Source: an uncultured Chlamydiae bacterium (GTDB lineage Bacteria; Chlamydiota; Chlamydiia; Chlamydiales; SM23-39). Taken from it: 47,323 nucleotides of DNA. The notes beneath the pieces were generated by a model. That model had not been told where the DNA came from and made no database searches. It saw only the letters and a program-made list of their open reading frames with translations. The stretch is from positions 1 through 47,323 of the forward strand of contig CAISYW010000080.1 in assembly GCA_903889795.1 (NCBI GenBank), read 5' to 3'. The translations under genes were made by a program, and so were the position numbers. Every line of letters starts with the position of its first letter. Within the stretch, counting starts at the first letter, position 1. Positions 7,977 to 17,665 of the stretch are shown in pieces.

Positions 7977-10073
7977 CTAGCGATTCGTTTGTTCCTGAAG
8001 CGCTTTATGGCTTAGCTTGATTTGGCCGCGGTCATTAACATCCAATACTTTAACTTCGATTTCATCGCCCTGACGGAACGAGGTGTCCTGGATGTTTTGA
8101 ATTCTTTGATGGGAAATTTCGGAAATATGAAGAAGACCCTCTTTTCCGAAAATTTCGACAAAGAAGCCAAACGGTACAATTGACGAGATTCGTCCTTTAT
8201 AGACTTTACCGATTTCAACTTCAGAAGTGAGGTTGAGGATGATCGCTTTCGCTTTCTCCATCGCTTCTGAATTTGTCGATGCAATGCTGACGAGTCCGCT
8301 ATCATTAATATCGATTTGGACACCCGTCTCTTCTACGATTGCGCGAATCTGCTTGCCGCCCGGACCGATTACGATACCGATCTTGCTTGGCTTAATCTGC
8401 AGCACTTCGATTCGAGGTGCATGGGCAGACATTTGGGCACGTGGTTTTGGACAGATTTCCAACATCTTTTGCAGAATATGAATTCGGCCTTCTTTTGCTT
8501 GAGCCAGGGCTTCACGCATGATCGCATGAGTAATTCCCTCGACCTTGATATCCATTTGGAATGCGGTGATTCCCGCTTCGTCGCCGGTGACTTTAAAGTC
8601 CATGTCGCCGAGAGCGTCTTCAGCGCCGAGAATATCAGATAAAATCGCATGCTTCTTGCCTTCTAAAACAAGACCCATGGCGATTCCCGATACGGGACGT
8701 TTGATCGGAACGCCGGCGTCCATCAGGGCTAAGCAGCCGCCGCAGACAGATGCCATTGACGATGAGCCGTTTGATTCTGTGATGTTCGACTCGAGACGGA
8801 TAACATAAGGAAATTCTTCTTGTTTGGGAAGAATCGCCATTAATGCGCGTTCCGCCAATTTTCCGTGGCCAATTTCGCGACGGCCGGGAGCTCCCATACG
8901 GCCAACTTCGCCTACTGAAAATGGGGGGAAGAAATATTGCAAATAGAATCGGTGTGTAGCGTCGCCGTGTAAATCTTCGTAGCGCTGGGCATTGCTTTCA
9001 CCGCCTAAAGTACAAACAGCGATCGTTTGCGTCTCGCCGCGGGTGAATAGCGAACAGCCGTGAGTTCTCGGAAGAATCGATTGTTCGATATCAATCGGTC
9101 GAATCTCTTTCAGGCCTCGGCCGTCGATGCGTTTTTTATCAGCGAGGATCATTTTGCGCATAAGATCGGACTGAAGATTTTTAAAAGCGAGCATGACGTC
9201 GACTTTCGCGTTTTTTGACGCTTCAGTGGGCAGGAGCTTTTCAGACATTTCTTTTTGAATGGCTCCAAGGGCTTGTTCTCGCTTTTTTTTATCCGCGATT
9301 TTTAAGGCGACTTCTAATTTAGCGGAGCAGAGATCATTCACTGCATCGGTGACTTCTTGTGGAAGCGCGTGAATAGTGTCTCGTTTTTTCTCTCGGCCGA
9401 TCTTATTTCTCCAGGCTTCGAGTTGATGGCAGATTGTGCTGATAGCGTGTTGTCCCGCTTCGATCGCTTCAATGATCTGCTCTTCCGTTAGAAAATCGCA
9501 GTATCCCTCAATCATCAGTACAGCGTCTTCGGTCCCCGCCAAAACGAGATCGAGTCGTGTTTTTTTCATTTCTTCGGTTGTCGGATTAATGACAAAGCGA
9601 TTTTCGATCAAGCCAACGCGAACGGCGCCGATCGGTTTGATGAGCGGAATGTCGCTGATGACAAGAGCGGCAGACGCGCCGCAGATTCCTAAAACGTCGG
9701 GAATGTTTATTCCATCATAGGAAAAAACAGTTGATAGGACTTGAACTTCATTGTGATAGCCCTCTTCGAACATGGGTCGTAGGGGACGGTCGATGAGGCG
9801 GCTCACCAGGATTTCTCTTTCTGTCGGTCTTCCTTCGCGCTTAATGAAACCACCCGCTGTTCGTCCAACGGAAGAATATTTTTCCTGATAATCGACGCGT
9901 AAGGGGAGAAAATCGACTCCTTCTTGAGCTATCGGAGATGCGCAAGCTGTTGAAAGGACAACAGAATCTCCGCAATGGACCATAACAGCTCCATTGGCTT
10001 GACGTGCGATTTTTCCTGTTTCAAATTTAATAGTTTTGTCACCGATCGTGACCGTGATGTGATCTCTTTGCAT
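7977..10073 (-). CDS. pnp: Polyribonucleotide nucleotidyltransferase (PNPase)
   Basis: 698 aa with two RNase PH-like domains, then KH (IGPGGKQIR) and S1 (GKVYKGRISSIVPFGFFVEI) domains. Confidence 0.97.
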   Translation of the reverse strand: MQRDHITVTIGDKTIKFETGKIARQANGAVMVHCGDSVVLSTACASPIAQEGVDFLPLRVDYQEKYSSVGRTAGGFIKREGRPTEREILVSRLIDRPLRPMFEEGYHNEVQVLSTVFSYDGINIPDVLGICGASAALVISDIPLIKPIGAVRVGLIENRFVINPTTEEMKKTRLDLVLAGTEDAVLMIEGYCDFLTEEQIIEAIEAGQHAISTICHQLEAWRNKIGREKKRDTIHALPQEVTDAVNDLCSAKLEVALKIADKKKREQALGAIQKEMSEKLLPTEASKNAKVDVMLAFKNLQSDLMRKMILADKKRIDGRGLKEIRPIDIEQSILPRTHGCSLFTRGETQTIAVCTLGGESNAQRYEDLHGDATHRFYLQYFFPPFSVGEVGRMGAPGRREIGHGKLAERALMAILPKQEEFPYVIRLESNITESNGSSSMASVCGGCLALMDAGVPIKRPVSGIAMGLVLEGKKHAILSDILGAEDALGDMDFKVTGDEAGITAFQMDIKVEGITHAIMREALAQAKEGRIHILQKMLEICPKPRAQMSAHAPRIEVLQIKPSKIGIVIGPGGKQIRAIVEETGVQIDINDSGLVSIASTNSEAMEKAKAIILNLTSEVEIGKVYKGRISSIVPFGFFVEIFGKEGLLHISEISHQRIQNIQDTSFRQGDEIEVKVLDVNDRGQIKLSHKALQEQTNR

Positions 10074-10204
10074 ATGTTCCTTCCTGTAAGAAAAAATTTG
10101 AATTATGAAAGGAAACTGTTGTGGGATAGAAATCAGAAAGAAGTCCTAGCTCTTTTGGAAGGGCTTATTTCTGCTCTCTATCAGACCCTGGTCTCCTTTT
10201 TCCT

Positions 10205-10236
10205 GGAAAACACACTGGAGAGAACTCCCCCCAGTG
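10205..10236 (-). terminator. Intrinsic terminator/attenuator between rpsO and pnp
   Basis: The minus strand reads cactgggggg-agtt-ctctccagtg (10-bp stem including two G-U pairs, 4-nt loop) followed by tgtttt. It lies 9 nt after the rpsO stop and upstream of pnp. Confidence 0.5.
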
Positions 10237-10244
10237 CGATAGTA

Positions 10245-10514
10245 CTACTTTCTTAAATTCAACCGGACGATCAAGCTTTGATAGCGCTTGGTATCCGTAG
10301 AATTAAGGTAGTCTAGTAGTTTTCGGCGTTGGCCGACGAGTTTCAAGAGTGCGAGCCGTGAGCTGTGGTCTTTTGGAGCCAACTTAAGATGATCCGTAAG
10401 TTCAGCAATGCGCTCAGTGAGGATCGCAATCTGGACATCCGCTGAGCCAGTATCTTTCTCGTGCAATTGAAATTTTTTGGTGATCTCTTCCTTGGTACCT
10501 TTATCTAGAGACAT
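10245..10514 (-). CDS. rpsO: 30S ribosomal protein S15
   Basis: 89 aa with typical S15 sequence (...[44 protein letters not shown]). Confidence 0.96.
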   Translation of the reverse strand: MSLDKGTKEEITKKFQLHEKDTGSADVQIAILTERIAELTDHLKLAPKDHSSRLALLKLVGQRRKLLDYLNSTDTKRYQSLIVRLNLRK

Positions 10515-10651
10515 TGAGGAAGTTCTCCGTGGTAAGTTTAAGACATTTACATGCGAATTGTACCCTAAAATCTATATACTCGCAAGGATTCTTGATGTTT
10601 CCTAGAGAATCCTGCTAAAGTAGCTGCAGATATTGATTTTGAGAGCACTTT

Positions 10652-11317
10652 ATGAAAATGAATTCTTTTACCTATGTTCGTCCTTGGATGGAACAAATTT
10701 TACAAGTTATCAAGAAAGATATTAAAACGGATCACCTCCCGGGTGATAAATCTTTCTATAAGACTCATTTTGGCAATCGACCCCAGAATAAACTGACGCA
10801 AGAAGAAATTTTTGCTACGTATGAAAAAGAGCTGCTGGCGGGTAATGAGGATCTGAGTGAATGGGTGATCAATCGCTGGGTATTTAAATATGGAGACATC
10901 TATCGTCATTTTGCTGAGCGGTTGGGTGCCGTCAACCCCAATTTTCAGGAAATACAATCATTATCTGATGCTGAAGCGGACATGGTTCTTGCGGGTGCTC
11001 AGGAAAAGTTCGGTTCGGCCGAGACATATATCTTTGCCCGACTCAATGGCGTTGTGTTTTCTGATTCAGTTTTTGATCGGCTTAACCAGGTGGCTCTTCA
11101 GGAGACGCAATCGAAAACTCAGATGCAAGAGCAAAAAAATGAGCAGGAGTCATTCGAGCAGCTCAATGCGCGTCATCAACGAGAGGTGAGCCGGTTGCAG
11201 GAAAAATATGAGGATAAGCTCAGCGGTATTCAACGTAAATATACGTCTGATGTCGAGGCTTTGAAAAAACAAATCCGCTCATTACAGCAACAAATCCACG
11301 CTCAAAAAAATGTATGA
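10652..11317 (+). CDS. Hypothetical protein with C-terminal coiled coil
   Basis: 221-aa ORF whose stop overlaps the tadA start (ATGA). The C-terminal ~70 aa are Q/E/K-rich with heptad-like spacing. No motif recognised. Confidence 0.6.
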   Translation: MKMNSFTYVRPWMEQILQVIKKDIKTDHLPGDKSFYKTHFGNRPQNKLTQEEIFATYEKELLAGNEDLSEWVINRWVFKYGDIYRHFAERLGAVNPNFQEIQSLSDAEADMVLAGAQEKFGSAETYIFARLNGVVFSDSVFDRLNQVALQETQSKTQMQEQKNEQESFEQLNARHQREVSRLQEKYEDKLSGIQRKYTSDVEALKKQIRSLQQQIHAQKNV

Positions 11318-11817
11318 CGTCTCTTGTTGATGTTCAAAAGCTTGACTTTCAGCATCGGGACATTGCTTTCATGCGGGAGGCTTTAAAAGAGGCAAAAAAA
11401 GCATTTGAAGAAGATGAAGTGCCTGTGGGAGCTGTTCTCGTTATCAACCATAAAATCGTTTCTCGGGGACATAACCAGGTTGAGTTGTTGCAAGATGCCA
11501 CGGCTCATGCTGAAATCATCTGCATGACGGCTGGCGCCGGGGCAATTGGCAACTGGCGTCTCAGCGATGCGACACTATATAGTACCCTTGAGCCGTGTAC
11601 GATGTGTGCTGGGGCGATGCTCTCTTCACGTCTCAAAAGGCTTGTTTGGGCGGCTCCGGATATACGACAGGGTGCGAATGGTAGTTGGATTGATATATTT
11701 GCCATGAAACATCCGATGCATGCAATCGAAGTGACTAGGCAGGTTCTGCAAGATGAAGCATCCGAGCTTATGCGAACTTTTTTTCAGAAACAGAGAGCTT
11801 CTTCAAAACAGCAATGA
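11314..11817 (+). CDS. tadA: tRNA-specific adenosine deaminase
   Basis: CMP/dCMP deaminase zinc motifs HAE(IICM) and PCTMCAGA are present. Size is 167 aa. Confidence 0.9.
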   Translation: MTSLVDVQKLDFQHRDIAFMREALKEAKKAFEEDEVPVGAVLVINHKIVSRGHNQVELLQDATAHAEIICMTAGAGAIGNWRLSDATLYSTLEPCTMCAGAMLSSRLKRLVWAAPDIRQGANGSWIDIFAMKHPMHAIEVTRQVLQDEASELMRTFFQKQRASSKQQ

Positions 11818-11836
11818 GAACATCCTGAGCGCAGAT

Positions 11837-11888
11837 CGATTTTGTAAACTCGCTGAAGCGATTTTAGCCCAGCGAGTTTACAAAATCG
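11837..11888. terminator. Perfect 18-bp inverted repeat between convergent genes
   Basis: cgattttgtaaactcgct (11837-11854) pairs with agcgagtttacaaaatcg (11871-11888) around a 16-nt loop. The hairpin is certain. Terminator function is uncertain because there is no flanking T-run. Confidence 0.45.
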
Positions 11889-11970
11889 AATCAAATATTA
11901 TCACGCGCTGAAAAGACGATTCATTTCAGACAGGAGTTCTTCTTCATCTGAGAAATTTGCCCTTTCTGCA

Positions 11971-12363
11971 TCATTTGGATGCGTTGTTGCGGCCTTTCTT
12001 CGTTGGATGGTACAGCTCATAACGATACCAGTACTTCTGGCCGATCTTGAAGCGCGACGCTTTTTTATATTCATATGAGACGCCGTTTGGCTCGATGAGC
12101 TCGCAAAAATCATAACCCCTTTGATGCGATGCCTCGATCTGGGGTATAAAAATGTATTTGCCCTCGCGGCAAACGCGGTTGATGCGGATCGGTTCTTTCC
12201 CTGCGATGACATAATCCTCATCGTAGGAATAAACTTTTCCCGTAATGGCGCTGACCCGGCCTTCGATGAGAGATGAAGGAAGGCATTGCTCGCTGGCATG
12301 AGAGTCGATGAACTCATCCGCGGGGTTGTTGACGGCAGCCGCGATCAAAATGAAGAATTTCAA
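11971..12363 (-). CDS. Hypothetical protein with hydrophobic N-terminus, possibly a gene fragment
   Basis: MKFFILIAAAV looks like a signal peptide. The segment GRVSAITGKVYSYDEDYVIAGKEPIRINRV loosely recalls the opening motif of Rhs/YD-repeat proteins. A second frame (11901..12317) overlaps it. Confidence 0.4.
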   Translation of the reverse strand: MKFFILIAAAVNNPADEFIDSHASEQCLPSSLIEGRVSAITGKVYSYDEDYVIAGKEPIRINRVCREGKYIFIPQIEASHQRGYDFCELIEPNGVSYEYKKASRFKIGQKYWYRYELYHPTKKGRNNASK

Positions 12364-12520
12364 AAACCTGGCTGAGGATTAAATCGCATGAATAGTTATT
12401 AAGTCATGCTGCGTCAGAACTTTCGATAAATCCAAATAGGGAAGAGAAGCGAAAGATTGCCTTCCCTGCTCTACCCTCCAAATATCAGCATAATTGAAGA
12501 TACGCTGAAGTCAAGCGGTT

Positions 12521-14521
12521 TCAAGGCCCTGGGGGGGCGGATGACACGGTTGGGGGTAAAGGTGGAGAGAGAGCTATTGGGTTACCGCTGAGGTCTAGCG
12601 TTTCAATGCTTTGAAGACTGGATATCGCGGGTGGAAATAAAGATATTGTGTTATAGCTGAGATCTAGCGTTGTAAGGCTTTGGAGATTGGATACCGCGGG
12701 TGGAAGCGAAGATATTGTATTATGGCTGAGATCCAGTATTTCAAGCTTTGAGAGGCAGCCTATCGAATAAGGTATTTCCCCTATTTTATTATTGCTGAGA
12801 TCCAGTATTTTAAGTTGTACGAAATTTTCTAGCATTTTGGGATTAACAGATACAAGATTATTATTCGAGAGGTTCAAAATTTTTAATCCTGAAAATAATT
12901 TTAATTCCAGTGGTAAAGTTGTCAAACCGCAACCGCTCAGGTTTAGGTATGTAACTTCCTTCAGAACGTGAGAGTTTTTACAAAACCAACTAGCAATACA
13001 ATCTAAAATTTCATTATTTGTTAATTTGCTTTCAGAATTTGGAAACAAAAATTGTTGTTCTGGATTTAATTGTTCATTAACCGCTTCGATGAATCTACGT
13101 TTGTTTATGAAGTTTTTCTGAAGCCCGATCCTAATTAATATTTTATGAGGTACAATTTTACGTTGTTCTTCCAAAAGAGTTAATGTATCCAGATTTATAA
13201 AATATTCAATTTCACTTGGAAATGTTCTAAAAATGCATTTATGCAGATCAAGAGATGTAATTTGTTTTAGTAGCTCCTGATGTTCCCTGAGCCAGCTTCT
13301 TATTTCTTCAGAAGCTTCATAAAATGTTAAATCCTCCCTGGACGGAGAATATCGTTTATCTTCAGGGAGCTTTTCATTCACCTTTTTTATGAATTGCTGA
13401 AAAGCGTTATGTTCGAGAATTTTATCTATTGCGTCGAAAGGCGGTGTAAGTATCTCATGTTTGTCAGATGAAGGAAAAAAGTACCTGTGCGTGCTGAGTT
13501 TCTGCTGGTTCATTGCTAACCCCAAGCTGGCTTCGGCAGGAATAACACCGTCATCTTCAAAGCTCGCTATTGGGATTTTCGTGGATGGCGAGGCGCAATT
13601 ACTCTTCTGAATAATGATTTGTACAATCTTGTTATCCTCCAATTTTTTCAATGCGGCAGTGGTGTCCATTTCAAAGCCTAGCCAGGCAATCAGATTGAGA
13701 TTTATGCATAAATGAAACTTTCTAAAAATGCACTTTATTATATGATTTAAAGAATCAAAAGTCTTGTCTAGAACAACTGTGTACTGAATGTCAGACTTAA
13801 ATTCATGTTTCAAAACAGCTTGGCCGATGGCTGCTCCGCCTAACGAGTAGCCGGATAGAACAATTTTATGAGCCTTGATTGCATTTTCTAAAAATGAAAT
13901 TCCAATTTCTTGCGCATCTCCCATAGTTTCAGGATTAGCAGATCCTTTGCTTCTTCCAACACCCGGACCGTTAATTAACAAAGTATTAAAACCTCTTTTA
14001 TGATTTTTTTTTGCGAATTTTTTTGCATCTAATTCAATTAGTCCATAATTTCCTGTTGCATGCATTATCCAACAGCCGTTATTAATCGTTTCTGGATGGC
14101 CAATTAGTAATCCGCTATATCGAATTCCATTTTTTTCTAAAATAACATGACGAACAATGAACTTCTTTAGACCTTCTGCAGCACCTTTTCGAAGCGTATC
14201 AGAGTATTGTTCGCTATGACCCACGAAGATGCTTTGAGCGGGAAAGATAAATGTCATTGCAATACGCGATATCGCAACTCGACAAAGAGAATATATCCCC
14301 CATGGATAAAGAACTGTTTTTGCAATAATTAACCCAATATCTTTAGCTGTGTCTTTCCAGCTACGTATTCTTGAGTTCTCCGAATAATCTACTTTTTCTC
14401 TTTTTGCGCTAACAAGTTCTGCCTCAGAGCTGTTTAATTTCGAAGCCTCGATCGTACCAGCTTCAAACCCATCATATATAGGATTTATATAAGGTTTTAT
14501 ACAGGGTATAGTATTTGACAA
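12521..14521 (-). CDS. Alpha/beta-hydrolase (GxSxG) N-terminal domain fused to C-terminal leucine-rich repeats; effector-like
   Basis: Nucleophile elbow GYSLGGA preceded by NGPGVGRSKG. The C-terminus has about 7 LRRs of 23-24 aa (LxxLxLSxNxIxxLPxxI) and a proline-rich tail. The gene is visibly AT-rich. Confidence 0.8.
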   Translation of the reverse strand: MSNTIPCIKPYINPIYDGFEAGTIEASKLNSSEAELVSAKREKVDYSENSRIRSWKDTAKDIGLIIAKTVLYPWGIYSLCRVAISRIAMTFIFPAQSIFVGHSEQYSDTLRKGAAEGLKKFIVRHVILEKNGIRYSGLLIGHPETINNGCWIMHATGNYGLIELDAKKFAKKNHKRGFNTLLINGPGVGRSKGSANPETMGDAQEIGISFLENAIKAHKIVLSGYSLGGAAIGQAVLKHEFKSDIQYTVVLDKTFDSLNHIIKCIFRKFHLCINLNLIAWLGFEMDTTAALKKLEDNKIVQIIIQKSNCASPSTKIPIASFEDDGVIPAEASLGLAMNQQKLSTHRYFFPSSDKHEILTPPFDAIDKILEHNAFQQFIKKVNEKLPEDKRYSPSREDLTFYEASEEIRSWLREHQELLKQITSLDLHKCIFRTFPSEIEYFINLDTLTLLEEQRKIVPHKILIRIGLQKNFINKRRFIEAVNEQLNPEQQFLFPNSESKLTNNEILDCIASWFCKNSHVLKEVTYLNLSGCGLTTLPLELKLFSGLKILNLSNNNLVSVNPKMLENFVQLKILDLSNNKIGEIPYSIGCLSKLEILDLSHNTISSLPPAVSNLQSLTTLDLSYNTISLFPPAISSLQSIETLDLSGNPIALSPPLPPTVSSAPPGP
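12587..12930. repeat. 69-bp tandem DNA repeats encoding the LRR units
   Basis: gctgag[ga]tc[ct]ag... recurs at 12587, 12656, 12725 and 12794 (exact 69-bp period). More diverged units follow. Confidence 0.85.
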
Positions 14522-14699
14522 TTATAATTCCTCGCGATGTTACTATTTATAATTACTAATTATATCATTTTATAGTATTTTTTTAACACACCATATACAC
14601 AACGAACGTACCTTATTGATTATCAATATGATAAAAACACAATAAAAAACGCATCTTTGTAATTATTAAAGAGTTACCACAAATTCACAAAACCTAAGA

Positions 14700-15158
<459 letters not shown>

Positions 15159-15352
15159 TCATTTAAATTATTAACCATAAGACGCTTGCCTTTCGTTCTT
15201 GAATAAAATTACAGTTGGTGGTGAATGCGAATTTATCGAACATGACTCAAAAATCCGGTGAGGCTATCGACGTCAGAAAGTAAATCTCACTGAGAAAACT
15301 TGTTTTTTTACCTTGATGAAGCTATGCTATTTTCCATTATATTAGGTGCACT

Positions 15353-15667
15353 ATGAAAGAAAAGATTCATCCTCCCTATCAAAAAGTACTATTTGTCGAT
15401 TCTTCGACTGGCGCTAAGTTTCTCATTGGCAGTACGCTCCAGCCGAAAGAAAAAGAAAATTTTGAGGGTAAAGAATATCCTGTGATTCGTATTCCAGTTT
15501 CATCCGCATCGCATCCCTTCTTTACGAAAGCGAACCAGTTTATCGATTCTGAGGGCCGTGTTGATAAGTTCACGAAGAAATATCAACGCAAGCGCGAGCA
15601 GGATAAATTGGATCACGAAAAACAGGAAGAGGCCAAAAAAGCAAAAACGAAGGCCAAAAAGAAATAG
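15353..15667 (+). CDS. rpmE: 50S ribosomal protein L31, type B (no CxxC zinc motif) with Lys-rich tail
   Basis: MKEKIHPPY...HPFFT is characteristic of L31. Cys pairs are absent. It lies directly upstream of prfA. Confidence 0.9.
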   Translation: MKEKIHPPYQKVLFVDSSTGAKFLIGSTLQPKEKENFEGKEYPVIRIPVSSASHPFFTKANQFIDSEGRVDKFTKKYQRKREQDKLDHEKQEEAKKAKTKAKKK

Positions 15668-15691
15668 GGCTTGGTCTCATCAAGTGGATTT

Positions 15692-16759
15692 ATGGAAGAA
15701 AAGGTCCAGCGGCTCTTGCTGCGGTTGCAGGAGGTCGAGCGGTTGCTGGGCCTGCCTGATGCTTTTAACGATCCAAAGAACTATCGTCAGTTATCCCAAG
15801 AACATTCTCAGCTTTCTTCATTGAGAGAAGCTTGGGATGATCTTCAATGCATTCGCAAGCAGATCGAAGATAATCGTGCGCTTCTCGCAATTGAAACGGA
15901 TCCCGAAATCTTGCAGATGGTGCGCGATGAGTTGCCCCAACTCGAATCTTCTGTCGTTGTAGCGCAAAAAAAATTAGAAACCCTTCTTGTTCCTCCGGAT
16001 CCTCGTGATAGTCGTAATATCATCTTAGAAATTCGCGCTGGTACCGGCGGCGATGAGGCGGCGCTTTTTGTAACCGACTGTGCTCGTATGTATCACAATT
16101 ATGCAGAGCGTAAAGGTTGGAAGGTTGAGATTATTTCAACATCTCCCTCTGAATTAGGCGGTTATAAAGAATATGTCATGTCCTTGTCGGGAACTAATGT
16201 GTTTCGACTGATGCAATATGAGGCGGGAACGCATCGTGTACAGCGGGTTCCTGAAACGGAGACGCAGGGTCGTATTCACACCTCTGCAGTCACTATGGCC
16301 GTTCTGTTGGAACCGACAGATGATGAAAAGGTTTTGATTGATGAGAGGGATTTAAAAATCGATACCTACCGCTCTTCCGGAGCTGGGGGGCAGCATGTCA
16401 ACACCACGGATTCTGCTGTGCGGATCACCCACATGCCAACCGGAGCTGTCGTTGCGTGTCAGGATGAGCGGAGTCAACATAAAAACCGTGAAAAAGCAAT
16501 GCGCTTGCTTGTTGCTATGATCCTTGAAACTCAGCGCCGCAAGAACGAACAAGAGATGTCCGCCATACGATCGACACAGGTCGGCAGCGGCGATCGGTCG
16601 GAGCGGATCCGTACTTATAATTTCCCTCAAAACCGCATCACAGACCATCGTATTAATTTAACTCTCTATAAGCTCGATCGCGTGATTGATGGTGATCTCG
16701 ATGATATTACAGTGGCTTTGGTTGCTCATTTTTACGCAGAAAAAATGAAGGACTCATAA
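15692..16759 (+). CDS. prfA: Peptide chain release factor 1
   Basis: [16 protein letters not shown] (GGQ motif) with class-I RF layout. The ORF track starts at a TTG (15671); the ATG at 15692 (MEEKVQ...) is more plausible. Confidence 0.95.
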   Translation: MEEKVQRLLLRLQEVERLLGLPDAFNDPKNYRQLSQEHSQLSSLREAWDDLQCIRKQIEDNRALLAIETDPEILQMVRDELPQLESSVVVAQKKLETLLVPPDPRDSRNIILEIRAGTGGDEAALFVTDCARMYHNYAERKGWKVEIISTSPSELGGYKEYVMSLSGTNVFRLMQYEAGTHRVQRVPETETQGRIHTSAVTMAVLLEPTDDEKVLIDERDLKIDTYRSSGAGGQHVNTTDSAVRITHMPTGAVVACQDERSQHKNREKAMRLLVAMILETQRRKNEQEMSAIRSTQVGSGDRSERIRTYNFPQNRITDHRINLTLYKLDRVIDGDLDDITVALVAHFYAEKMKDS

Positions 16760-16763
16760 CCGG

Positions 16764-17615
16764 ATGTTAAAAACGATCGCTGAAGTTTTGACATTATCGG
16801 CCACCTTTTTAACAGATCATCAGATCGAGCGGCCCCGACGCTGCGCTGAGGATTTGCTCGCATCGATTTTGAAAGTGAAGAGAATCGATCTCTATTTGCA
16901 GTTTGATCGTCCTCTTGTCGAATCCGAAATGGTTTTGATGCGCCAATATTTGAAGCGCACGATTGCCAAAGAGCCCATCGCTTATATTATGGGCGAAGTA
17001 GAATTTTTAGGATGTCGTATCGAAGTAACGCGCGATGTGTTGATACCGCGTAATGAAACGGAAATTCTTGCTGATTTGGTGATAAAAAAATTGAAAGTCC
17101 TTGAGCCGGCAAAGCGGGTGCTTTGGGATCTTTGTACAGGGTCCGGCTGTATTGGATTGGGGATCAAACGTGCCTGTTCTTCGATTTCGATTGTGCTTTC
17201 CGATATTTGTCCAAGAGCGATTGAGTTAGCTAAGTCAAACAGTGTCAAAAATTGCTTACAAGTAGAATGCAGGGTAGGGGATTTGCTGCAGCCTTTTTTG
17301 AACGAAAAGGCCGATTTTGTGATTTGCAATCCCCCCTATGTGTCAAAAAAAGAATTTGATCTACTCGAAAGAAGTGTGCGCGATTTTGAGCCCTCTCTGG
17401 CATTATTGGCGGGTGATCAGGGGACTGATTTTTATGAGCGCCTCTCTATCGAATTACCCCGTTTTTTAAATCCCCGTGCCCAGGTGTTTTTGGAAATTGG
17501 CCATACACAGGGCGGGGCTGTTCAAGAAATTTTTCGCAAGGTTCCTTGGCGGGGTTCTCAAATTCTCAAAGATTGGGCCGGACATGATCGATTCTTTTTC
17601 CTTGAAATTGAATGA
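16764..17615 (+). CDS. prmC: Release-factor glutamine methyltransferase
   Basis: NPPY motif (ICNPPYV), SAM-binding DLCTGSGCIG, and position after prfA. Confidence 0.92.
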   Translation: MLKTIAEVLTLSATFLTDHQIERPRRCAEDLLASILKVKRIDLYLQFDRPLVESEMVLMRQYLKRTIAKEPIAYIMGEVEFLGCRIEVTRDVLIPRNETEILADLVIKKLKVLEPAKRVLWDLCTGSGCIGLGIKRACSSISIVLSDICPRAIELAKSNSVKNCLQVECRVGDLLQPFLNEKADFVICNPPYVSKKEFDLLERSVRDFEPSLALLAGDQGTDFYERLSIELPRFLNPRAQVFLEIGHTQGGAVQEIFRKVPWRGSQILKDWAGHDRFFFLEIE

Positions 17616-17665
17616 TTTTTTGCTGTATTCTACTTCTGTAAAATAGCCTTTTTGTTGAAAACAAA

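Noticed and set aside
12587-12930. Regularly spaced direct repeats that could superficially resemble a CRISPR array (also at 23181-23402 and 32728-33000)
   Set aside because: The units are contiguous with no unique spacers. Their periods are multiples of 3 (69, 111, 78/87 bp), and they lie inside long ORFs, where they translate into LRR, Ser-rich or Pro-rich protein repeats.
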